The position numbers were made by a program, and so were the translations under genes. The notes beneath the pieces were generated by a model, which made no database searches, was not told where the DNA came from, and saw only the letters and a list, made by a program, of their open reading frames with translations. Shown here in pieces: positions 33,046 to 40,502 of a stretch of 41,034 bases of DNA (positions are counted from its first letter, which is position 1; each line of letters begins with the position of its first letter). Source of the DNA: Candidatus Microgenomates bacterium (GTDB lineage Bacteria; Patescibacteriota; Dojkabacteria; SC72); assembly GCA_012797935.1 (NCBI GenBank), contig JAAZOC010000052.1, positions 1 to 41,034 on the forward strand, written 5' to 3'.

Positions 33046-34578
33046 ATGGAAGAGAATTTGAAAAGTAATCTAATTGGACAGAGAGAAATTAGGCTTGAAA
33101 AGTTAAAACAAATCAAGGAATTAGGTATTAATCCATATCCTGCAAAAGCAAACAAGGAGTTTTCAAATGGAGATGTAATTTCCAAATTCGAAGATTTTGA
33201 TGGAAAAGAAGTAACATTAACAGGAAGAATAATTGCTTGGAGAGAGCATGGAAAGCTAGTGTTTGGAGATATTCTCGATCAAACAGGAAATATTCAAATA
33301 ATGATAAGGAAAGATAGTTTGGTTGAAGATATTGATAATGGATATCTAGGATGGGATAAATTGGAATTGTTAGATTTAGCTGATTTCGTAGAAGTTTTTG
33401 GGACTATTGGCAAGACAAGAACAGGACAAATATCAATAATGGTTTCAAAGATAAGGCTACTTACTAAATCACTTAGACCAATTCCTCGAAAATTAAAAAA
33501 CAAAGAGCAAATGTTTAGAAGAAGATATCTTGATTTAGTCATAAACCCTGATAGGGTAAAAATGTTTGAAAGAAAAGCACAATTCTGGAGAGTTCAAAGA
33601 GAATTTCTTCTTTCAAAAGGTTTCATTGAAGTAGAAGTTCCTGTATTAGAAGCTATTACTGGTGGTGCGGATGCATCTCCTTTTGTCACTCACCACAATG
33701 CTTTGGATCAAGATTTTTACCTTAGAATTTCAACAGAGTTGTATCAGAAGAGATTGATAGGGGCCGGTTTTGAAAAGATATATACATTTGGTCCAAATTT
33801 CAGAAATGAGGGAATGGATGATGAACATTTACAAGAATTCTACGATATTGAATGGTATTGGGCATATGCAAATTTTAGAGACAATATGGAATTAGTAAAA
33901 GAATTATTTAGAAAAATTGCTAATGATGTATATGGAAAAACAGAATTCTCAACAAGAGGTCATACTTTTGATTTAGCTGATGAGTGGGAGGAATTAGACT
34001 ATACAGAAACAATAAAGAAGCATTTTGATATTGATATCTTTAATGATTCAGATGAGAAAATCTTACAGGTTATTAAAGAAAATAATATAGAAATGGGTGG
34101 TGAAGTAAACAGAAATAGAATGATAGATACTCTTTGGAAAGCAATACGAGCAAAAATATCTGGTCCTGCATTCTTAATTAACCAACCAAAATTCATATCT
34201 CCATTAGCAAAATCATATGAAGATAATCAAGATATTACAGAAAGATTCCAAGTAATTATTGCAGGTAGTGAATTGGGAAATGGTTATTCTGAAATTAATG
34301 ATCCTCAAGATCAATTAGATAGATTCTTGGATCAGCAAAACTTAAGAGAGAGCGGAGATGATGAGGCTCAAATGTTAGATATTGATTTTGTTGAGATGCT
34401 GGAATATGGAATGCCACCTACAAGTGGATATGGACAAAGTGAGAGAGTATTCTGGTTCTTGGAAGATGTCACAGCAAGAGAGGGAACATTCTTCCCACAA
34501 TTAAGAAATGAAATTGAAAAATCTACAAAAGAAATTTACAAAGATAAAGTAAAGTTTGCAGAAGTTAAGAAAAAATAA
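33046..34578 (+). CDS. lysS: Lysine--tRNA ligase, class II
   Basis: OB-fold N-terminus. Contains FRNEGMDDEHLQEFY and GSELGNGYSEINDP. Confidence 0.95.
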   Translation: MEENLKSNLIGQREIRLEKLKQIKELGINPYPAKANKEFSNGDVISKFEDFDGKEVTLTGRIIAWREHGKLVFGDILDQTGNIQIMIRKDSLVEDIDNGYLGWDKLELLDLADFVEVFGTIGKTRTGQISIMVSKIRLLTKSLRPIPRKLKNKEQMFRRRYLDLVINPDRVKMFERKAQFWRVQREFLLSKGFIEVEVPVLEAITGGADASPFVTHHNALDQDFYLRISTELYQKRLIGAGFEKIYTFGPNFRNEGMDDEHLQEFYDIEWYWAYANFRDNMELVKELFRKIANDVYGKTEFSTRGHTFDLADEWEELDYTETIKKHFDIDIFNDSDEKILQVIKENNIEMGGEVNRNRMIDTLWKAIRAKISGPAFLINQPKFISPLAKSYEDNQDITERFQVIIAGSELGNGYSEINDPQDQLDRFLDQQNLRESGDDEAQMLDIDFVEMLEYGMPPTSGYGQSERVFWFLEDVTAREGTFFPQLRNEIEKSTKEIYKDKVKFAEVKKK

Positions 34579-34627
34579 TAGTTATTCTCTGCCCAAGAAT
34601 TTAATTTATATGATCTAGAATCATCTT

Positions 34628-35629
34628 ATGGCAGATATTGGACTACAAGAAAAAATCACTCCAGAAAAAGTTGAATTACCAAAAAAAGATAAGATTGCTT
34701 GGAAATTATTTGAAGTAAAAACAGAAGATTTACTACTTGCAGAAAATATTAGACCAATAGATCCATTTGCAGTCGAAGACTTAGCAAACAGTATCAGTGA
34801 AATTGGCCAATTACAGCCTTGTATCGGAGATGTTGTAGAAACTGAAAGTGGAAATCTTGTCCGAGTTATTGCTGGTCAACATAGATACTATGCAGTCAAA
34901 CAACTTATTGAAGCTGGTGAAGATGTACTTTTACTAATAAGGGTTGCAAACAGACAGTTGTCAGAAGAGCAGGTTCTCTCGATTCAAATGGCTGAGAATT
35001 TACAAAATAAGATGAAAGCTGAGGAAGATGCAAAGATAATTCATTCATATTGGTTAAGATGCAGACAATTATATGGAGATGAAAATGTCTCCATTGCTTT
35101 TCTCTCAAGAAAATTAGGTAGATCTTCACAAAAAATTAGTGAAGCTATCAAGTTTGTAGAAGGGTTGTCTCCAAAGATTCAGGAATTAGTTCAAAAAGGT
35201 GTATTGCATTACTCAACAGCAGTTCTTCTTGCAAAAATGGATAACGGGTCAAATAAAGGAAGCGACTATGATTCTGAACAGGTTAGAACAGCAGTATTTT
35301 TGATATCTCAGGGATACAACAAAGAAGAAGCAAAAAGATATTTAGATAAAAGATCAAAAGAAGTAAAAGCATATACAGAGCCATTATTCTCAGGCGAGGT
35401 ATGGAAAGAATTGAAGAAAAATGGATACAGAATGGCAATTAAGGATCAATCTTCAAAAGAAGGCAGAACAGCATCTGGTTGGTTTGTAAGAATGATAAAG
35501 ACAGTATCGTTATTGGACGATCCTACTAAAACAGAATTCTCTGAAGCTATAGAGAAAGCAGTTGGAGAGTTAGATATCTCTATGGATGATTTTAAAAACA
35601 ATCTCCAAGCTCTTGGTGTAAAACTATAA
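34628..35629 (+). CDS. ParB/Srx-fold N-terminal domain protein with HTH, orphan (no ParA)
   Basis: Contains IRPIDPFAVEDLANSISEIGQLQPCIG...VIAGQHRYYAVKQL...IQMAENLQ. The HTH-like part is SRKLGRSSQKISEAIKFVEGLSPKIQELVQKGVLHYSTAVLLAKM. The Arg patch reads GQHRY rather than GERRxR. Confidence 0.7.
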   Translation: MADIGLQEKITPEKVELPKKDKIAWKLFEVKTEDLLLAENIRPIDPFAVEDLANSISEIGQLQPCIGDVVETESGNLVRVIAGQHRYYAVKQLIEAGEDVLLLIRVANRQLSEEQVLSIQMAENLQNKMKAEEDAKIIHSYWLRCRQLYGDENVSIAFLSRKLGRSSQKISEAIKFVEGLSPKIQELVQKGVLHYSTAVLLAKMDNGSNKGSDYDSEQVRTAVFLISQGYNKEEAKRYLDKRSKEVKAYTEPLFSGEVWKELKKNGYRMAIKDQSSKEGRTASGWFVRMIKTVSLLDDPTKTEFSEAIEKAVGELDISMDDFKNNLQALGVKL

Positions 35630-35638
35630 TCATCTTTC

Positions 35639-35647
35639 TGTTACAAT
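35639..35647 (+). promoter_or_regulatory. Extended -10 (TGtTACAAT) 6 nt from the ATG at 35654; probable leaderless mRNA
   Basis: The sequence reads cTGtTACAATacatatATG. Confidence 0.45.
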
Positions 35648-35653
35648 ACATAT

Positions 35654-36028
35654 ATGGATTCCATCAAAGATATACTTTCCCAAATACAAAATGAATTACC
35701 AAAGGAAACTAACGATGAAGGTCAATCTAAACTATTTGATACAGACAAATTAAAAACTAATCCTAAGAAGTTATTTGGAGAAAAACATAAGTATATCTCA
35801 CAAGAGTATCAAGCATTTGGTCTTCGCATTGCAGGAAAACTTGGAGACAAGCAAAGAATGACTATGTATATCAAGTGGGCTAAAGAAAAACCCAGAGCTA
35901 TACTTGAGCAAGCTTTAAGTTTTACATCTGACTATCCTAATGCAAAGGATAAGATTAGAATATTTATGTGGAAAGTAAAGCAACTAGAAGATGAATACAA
36001 GGCAAAAAAACAACAAAATACTAAATAG
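35654..36028 (+). CDS. Hypothetical 124-aa protein
   Basis: Intact ORF flanked by coding genes, with its own promoter-like motif. The conserved-looking core is YISQEYQAFGLRIAGKLGD..RMTMYIKWAKEKPRAILEQALSF. I recognise no family. Confidence 0.55.
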   Translation: MDSIKDILSQIQNELPKETNDEGQSKLFDTDKLKTNPKKLFGEKHKYISQEYQAFGLRIAGKLGDKQRMTMYIKWAKEKPRAILEQALSFTSDYPNAKDKIRIFMWKVKQLEDEYKAKKQQNTK

Positions 36029-36038
36029 AATACTCTCG

Positions 36039-36803
36039 ATGTATTTTTCTAAAGAACTTGTATACAGAGAACAGCTATTAGTATGGATAATTGCGGATGT
36101 AATAAAAATTGTAGGATTATGCTTTGTATGGGTTGCATCTTCAAAACTGAGTGATTCAGTATCTCAATCGTATGTAGTTTCCTATTATCTTTTGATAATG
36201 CTTGTAAGCAAATTAACAACCGATTACACATTGGAATTTGGAGTAAGGGATATCATCTATGGTAGATTCTCAAACCTTTTAATAAAGCCGTACAACTATT
36301 TAATTGAATATTTGGGAACAAATATTGGAGGTAATATCCTTAGATTCTTAATATTTTTACCAGGATTTATTTTAGGTGTATATTTTGCACAAAAATATAA
36401 TCTTTGGATTGTAGATTTTAATCCTTACAACATATTTCTTGGAATAATTGCGATAATAATTGGTTTTCTAATTAGCTTTATACTTGGAAATACAGTTTCA
36501 TTGATTGCCATATATATTAAAGAAATGGATTCCATAAGGACATTTTATTACAATGTTGCATCATTACTTTCAGGAGAATTTCTTCCAATTGTATTTTTAC
36601 CAATGTGGGGTGCATTTGTTTTACATCTTTTTCCGTTTAGATATACACTTTCGTTTCCTGTAGAGGTCATAATCGGTAATATTAATGATTATGAAATACG
36701 ATTAGGATTTATGATCTCTATAATATGGTTATTTGTACTATTTTTTTCTTACAAAACAGTATATTCACTATCAAAAAAGAAATATGAAGCAGAAGGAATA
36801 TAG
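36039..36803 (+). CDS. ABC-2 family (DUF990-type) transporter permease
   Basis: Six-helix membrane protein with IIYGRFSNLLIKPYNYL (I..G.l..LlkP pattern) and the terminal KKYEAEG. I prefer the ATG at 36039, just after the upstream stop, to the track start at 35991. Confidence 0.6.
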   Translation: MYFSKELVYREQLLVWIIADVIKIVGLCFVWVASSKLSDSVSQSYVVSYYLLIMLVSKLTTDYTLEFGVRDIIYGRFSNLLIKPYNYLIEYLGTNIGGNILRFLIFLPGFILGVYFAQKYNLWIVDFNPYNIFLGIIAIIIGFLISFILGNTVSLIAIYIKEMDSIRTFYYNVASLLSGEFLPIVFLPMWGAFVLHLFPFRYTLSFPVEVIIGNINDYEIRLGFMISIIWLFVLFFSYKTVYSLSKKKYEAEGI

Positions 36804-37593
36804 CAAAATAGAACACTATATTAAAGTTTGGAAACATATAATAAAGGCTGGTATCAATAGAAGCTATATATATAAGGCAGATGTTTTCCTAAGATTCTTT
36901 CGTTCGTTTTTTGTTCTTGGCATTCAGTTATTATTCCTAAATGCTGTATTTGGTTCTAATGATGTGTATGTCGGATGGACAAAATCGGAGGCATATTTAG
37001 TAATGGGATTTTGGAATATATTAAATTATTTCTCTTGGTCTTTCTTTGGAGTTAATCTAATGTATTTGGAGAATAAAGTACTAGATGGTCAGTTTGATTA
37101 CATTCTACTTAAACCAATCTCTTCTTCGTGGATCTCATCTTTTGGAGATTTCTTTTTACATAATTTTGTAACAGGATTTTCTGGAATAATGTTAGTTATT
37201 TATTACTTAGTATTAGAGTGGAGTAATCTCTCATTCCTAAATATTCTTGTTGGTTTGTTAGCTTTGTTAGTATCTTTCATCTTTTGGTACAGCATATATC
37301 TTTTCTTTGCATCCTTTACTATTTCAAGACCAAGAAATGGATTTATATCAGTTGCAAAAGAATTGCTTGGTACAACAAAATATCCAATAGATATATTTGG
37401 AGAATCTTTTAAAGTAGTTTTCTATACAATAATCCCAATTGCATTCATAACCACTGTGCCTGCAAATATATTGATTGGAAGAGAAAATTACTTGTATGTA
37501 TTAATAGCTTTTGTAATATCTTTAGTATTACTATTTTTTGCTGAAATGTCTTGGAAGAAGAATGTAAAAGGATATACTAGTGCAAGTAGTTAA
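36784..37593 (+). CDS. ABC-2 family (DUF990-type) transporter permease, second subunit
   Basis: Contains GQFDYILLKPISS and ends ...GYTSASS, matching the Y.SaG-type terminus typical of this family. I prefer the ATG at 36784 (MKQKEYSK), which overlaps the upstream gene by 20 nt. Confidence 0.6.
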   Translation: MKQKEYSKIEHYIKVWKHIIKAGINRSYIYKADVFLRFFRSFFVLGIQLLFLNAVFGSNDVYVGWTKSEAYLVMGFWNILNYFSWSFFGVNLMYLENKVLDGQFDYILLKPISSSWISSFGDFFLHNFVTGFSGIMLVIYYLVLEWSNLSFLNILVGLLALLVSFIFWYSIYLFFASFTISRPRNGFISVAKELLGTTKYPIDIFGESFKVVFYTIIPIAFITTVPANILIGRENYLYVLIAFVISLVLLFFAEMSWKKNVKGYTSASS

Positions 37594-38585
37594 GTATTAT
37601 TTTTGATAGCTTCTAATACTCTGTTCAATATCTCTTCATCACTTGAGCCTTTCATTAATGCTCCTGCAGCATATTGATGACCTCCACCACCTAACTCTTC
37701 AGCTATTTTGTTAACTTCTTGATATCCTTTTGTACTTCTAAATGATACAAACCAACTATCGGCATCTTCATAATCAGGTTTAATGACAAATCCCCAATGA
37801 ACTCCCTGTATGTATCTAACAAAGCTATCTCTCATGAATGTTTGAGCTTCATTTAATCCTTGCTTTGTTAATCCTAATCTTCCAATTGCCTCTCTCTTTA
37901 TCTGTACATATGCCATATCTCCTTCTACAGTTAAGGATTTTAGATATTCAGAAATAGCTGGAGTAATATCTATTGGGAATTTCTTTGTTTTGTATTCATA
38001 CTCCTCTAAATCAACAGGGAATACAGCCTTTGCATCTGCAAATACTCTCATTGTATTTGGTGTTGTATTTTCAAAAAGGAATCTTCCAGTATCAGCAACA
38101 ATTCCATACTGTATTAATTTAGCTAAGTCAGTATCAAGTACTAATTTCTCTCCAAGAATTTCTTTGAAAGTAGAATATACTTCTTCAGTCGCGGAACTTG
38201 CATTGTTATTTATCACCAATGCTCCGTTATCTATCCTTGTATCATGATGATCTATGAATGCGAAAGGAATATTTGTGTAATCTAAATCATCTTCTCCTTC
38301 TTCTAAACACATCCTGTAATCCAAAGCATCTGTAACTAAAACAAGATCAAATCTTTGATCAGATATCTTCTCTACAATCTTAATTTCTTGCATACCTGGT
38401 AAGTTTAATGATGCTTGCTGTTTTGCTTGCATCTGTACATTCTTCTCTGGGTAGTAGCTCTTTAATATCTTGTAAAGAAGTATCATGCTACAAAAAGCAT
38501 CTACATCTGGTCCTCTATGTGTGAGTAAAAGTATTGACTGAGAACTTTGTATTAAGTTGTTTAAATCATTTCTTTTGTTATCCAT
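37590..38585 (-). CDS. nrnA: DHH/DHHA1 phosphoesterase (NrnA-like oligoribonuclease / pAp phosphatase)
   Basis: Contains LLLTHRGPDVDAFCS, IDHHD and GGGHQYAAGA. Confidence 0.75.
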   Translation of the reverse strand: MDNKRNDLNNLIQSSQSILLLTHRGPDVDAFCSMILLYKILKSYYPEKNVQMQAKQQASLNLPGMQEIKIVEKISDQRFDLVLVTDALDYRMCLEEGEDDLDYTNIPFAFIDHHDTRIDNGALVINNNASSATEEVYSTFKEILGEKLVLDTDLAKLIQYGIVADTGRFLFENTTPNTMRVFADAKAVFPVDLEEYEYKTKKFPIDITPAISEYLKSLTVEGDMAYVQIKREAIGRLGLTKQGLNEAQTFMRDSFVRYIQGVHWGFVIKPDYEDADSWFVSFRSTKGYQEVNKIAEELGGGGHQYAAGALMKGSSDEEILNRVLEAIKNNT

Positions 38586-38592
38586 ATTCTTG

Positions 38593-38601
38593 ATAATACC
38601 A
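38593..38601 (-). promoter_or_regulatory. Extended -10 (TGgTATTAT) 7 nt from the nrnA-like ATG; probable leaderless or near-leaderless mRNA
   Basis: The minus strand reads ttTGgTATTATcaagaatATG. Confidence 0.45.
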
Positions 38602-38650
38602 AATAGGCAGAATATAATACAGAGAGTGAATAATTTAACTAAATAATAAA

Positions 38651-39919
38651 ATGATAGATATTAGAAGGATATTAGACTCTAGAGAAGAGGTTGAAAAGGG
38701 TCTTCTCAAAAGATTGAGCAAAGAAGATTTCAGTCTTGATGAGATAGTATCTATCTACGAGGAGAAGAAAAAAGTGCAACTAGATTTTGATACAAAGAGG
38801 GCACAGCAGAATCAATACAACGATAAAATGGCGAAGGAGGATAAGGGTAGTGAGAATTTTAAAAAGCTTTTAGAAGATTTAAAAACAAAAGCAAAAGAAG
38901 TTAAGGAATTAGAAGAAAAACTAAGGGAGTTGGAAAGTAAATTACAGAGCAAATTAGAGGTACTTCCAAATATTCCAGATGAGGATGTTGTTGCTGGTGG
39001 TAAAGAAGCAAATGAGGTTGTTAAGATGGTAGGTGAGAAGCCAGTGTTTGATTTTGAAATAAAGGATCATGTAGAGCTTGGTAAAAAACATGATATTTTT
39101 GATTTTGAAAGAGCTACAAAAATATCTGGAAATAATTTCAGTATGTATAAGGGTCTTGGTGCTAGATTGGAGTGGGCACTAATTAACTATTTCATTTCAA
39201 AGCATTTAGAAGCTGGGTATGAGATGATTATTCCTCCTAATTTAGTTACTAGAGATTCTGCATATGCTGCAGGACAACTTCCTAAGTTTGAAGAGGATGT
39301 TTATTGGATTCAAGATGGTTTGTGTTTGGTACCAACAGCTGAAACTGTTTTAACCAATCTTTACAAGGATGAAATTCTTGATGAGAAAGATTTGCCAAGG
39401 AAATTCTTTGCATATACTCCTTGCTATAGAAGAGAAGCTGGTAGTTACAGAGCTAATGAAAAAGGTTTGATTAGAATGCATCAATTCAATAAAGTTGAAA
39501 TGTATCAGTTTACTTCTGAGGAGCAATCTCCAAAGGCATTTGAGGAGCTTGTGAGTCGTGCAGAAGAGCTTGTTGCAGGTTTAGGCTTACATTACAGATT
39601 AGTAAAATTGGCAGCTGGAGATTGTTCTGCAGGGGCTGCAAGGACTGTTGATGTTGAAATATATCTCCCTTCTATTGATCAGTATTATGAAGTAAGTTCT
39701 GTTTCCAATGTAAGAGAATATCAGAGTAGAAGAGGAAATATGAGATACAAACCAAGTGACGGTGGTAAATTGAAATATATGCATACTTTAAATGGTTCAG
39801 GTTTGGCAACAAGTAGACTAATGGTGGGTATAATTGAATCATATCAACAGAAGGATGGTTCAATATTAATTCCAGAGGTGCTTAGACCATTTATGGGTGG
39901 TGTAGATAAAATATCATAA
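38651..39919 (+). CDS. serS: Serine--tRNA ligase
   Basis: N-terminal coiled coil. Contains TAE, GLIRMHQFNKVE and TLNGSGLATSR. Confidence 0.95.
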   Translation: MIDIRRILDSREEVEKGLLKRLSKEDFSLDEIVSIYEEKKKVQLDFDTKRAQQNQYNDKMAKEDKGSENFKKLLEDLKTKAKEVKELEEKLRELESKLQSKLEVLPNIPDEDVVAGGKEANEVVKMVGEKPVFDFEIKDHVELGKKHDIFDFERATKISGNNFSMYKGLGARLEWALINYFISKHLEAGYEMIIPPNLVTRDSAYAAGQLPKFEEDVYWIQDGLCLVPTAETVLTNLYKDEILDEKDLPRKFFAYTPCYRREAGSYRANEKGLIRMHQFNKVEMYQFTSEEQSPKAFEELVSRAEELVAGLGLHYRLVKLAAGDCSAGAARTVDVEIYLPSIDQYYEVSSVSNVREYQSRRGNMRYKPSDGGKLKYMHTLNGSGLATSRLMVGIIESYQQKDGSILIPEVLRPFMGGVDKIS

Positions 39920-39926
39920 AAGAAAT

Positions 39927-40502
39927 ATGAACTATTTCTTAGGTTTCTTTCCTAGTGACGATGCTAGAGATGGTATTAAAAAGGCTGTCAGAGAAGTCGG
40001 AAAATGCTTCGATGGTTTTGATATTCCGGTAAGATGGATTGAACCAGATATGTATCAGATGACTGTGTTAAATCTTGGTAATAGTATGCCATTCTTTAAA
40101 CTTTGGTATTACAAATACAAGTTAAAGCCATTCTATTTAAGAAGATTTAAGGTGAGATTCAATACTGTAAAACTTGGGATCTCCAGAAAGTACAAAGAAT
40201 TGATATATTTAGATCTCCTTGAAGGTGGTGATGAGATGAGAAAAATATTCATGGAACTTAGACATATTTTTAACCTCAAAACGGAAAATAATTTCGTACC
40301 TCATTTAACACTAGGTAGAGTTAGTAAAGATCTTACAAACCAAGAATACTCAAATGTGTGTAAAGATTTAAGTAGGGTAAGTAAAAGTATAGATATTAGT
40401 AATATTGAATTCTATATATCGAATATTGAACTTATTGGTAGTGATGAAAACGGTTACAAAGTATTAATGAACCTTAATGAAGTTGCTAATACAAAGTCAT
40501 AG
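39927..40502 (+). CDS. 2H phosphoesterase (LigT / 2'-5' RNA ligase-like) with a degenerate first HxT motif
   Basis: The second motif PHLTLGR is intact. At the first motif position the sequence is YQMTVLNLG, with Gln where the His would be. Confidence 0.55.
   Translation: MNYFLGFFPSDDARDGIKKAVREVGKCFDGFDIPVRWIEPDMYQMTVLNLGNSMPFFKLWYYKYKLKPFYLRRFKVRFNTVKLGISRKYKELIYLDLLEGGDEMRKIFMELRHIFNLKTENNFVPHLTLGRVSKDLTNQEYSNVCKDLSRVSKSIDISNIEFYISNIELIGSDENGYKVLMNLNEVANTKS

Noticed and set aside
34628-35629. Reading the ParB-like gene as the chromosomal partition ParB near oriC, or as a plasmid or prophage partition gene.
   Set aside because: I found no ParA, no cluster of DnaA boxes and no parS-like palindrome. 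There are no replication or integration genes nearby, and the arginine patch is non-canonical. It is kept as an open question in the findings.
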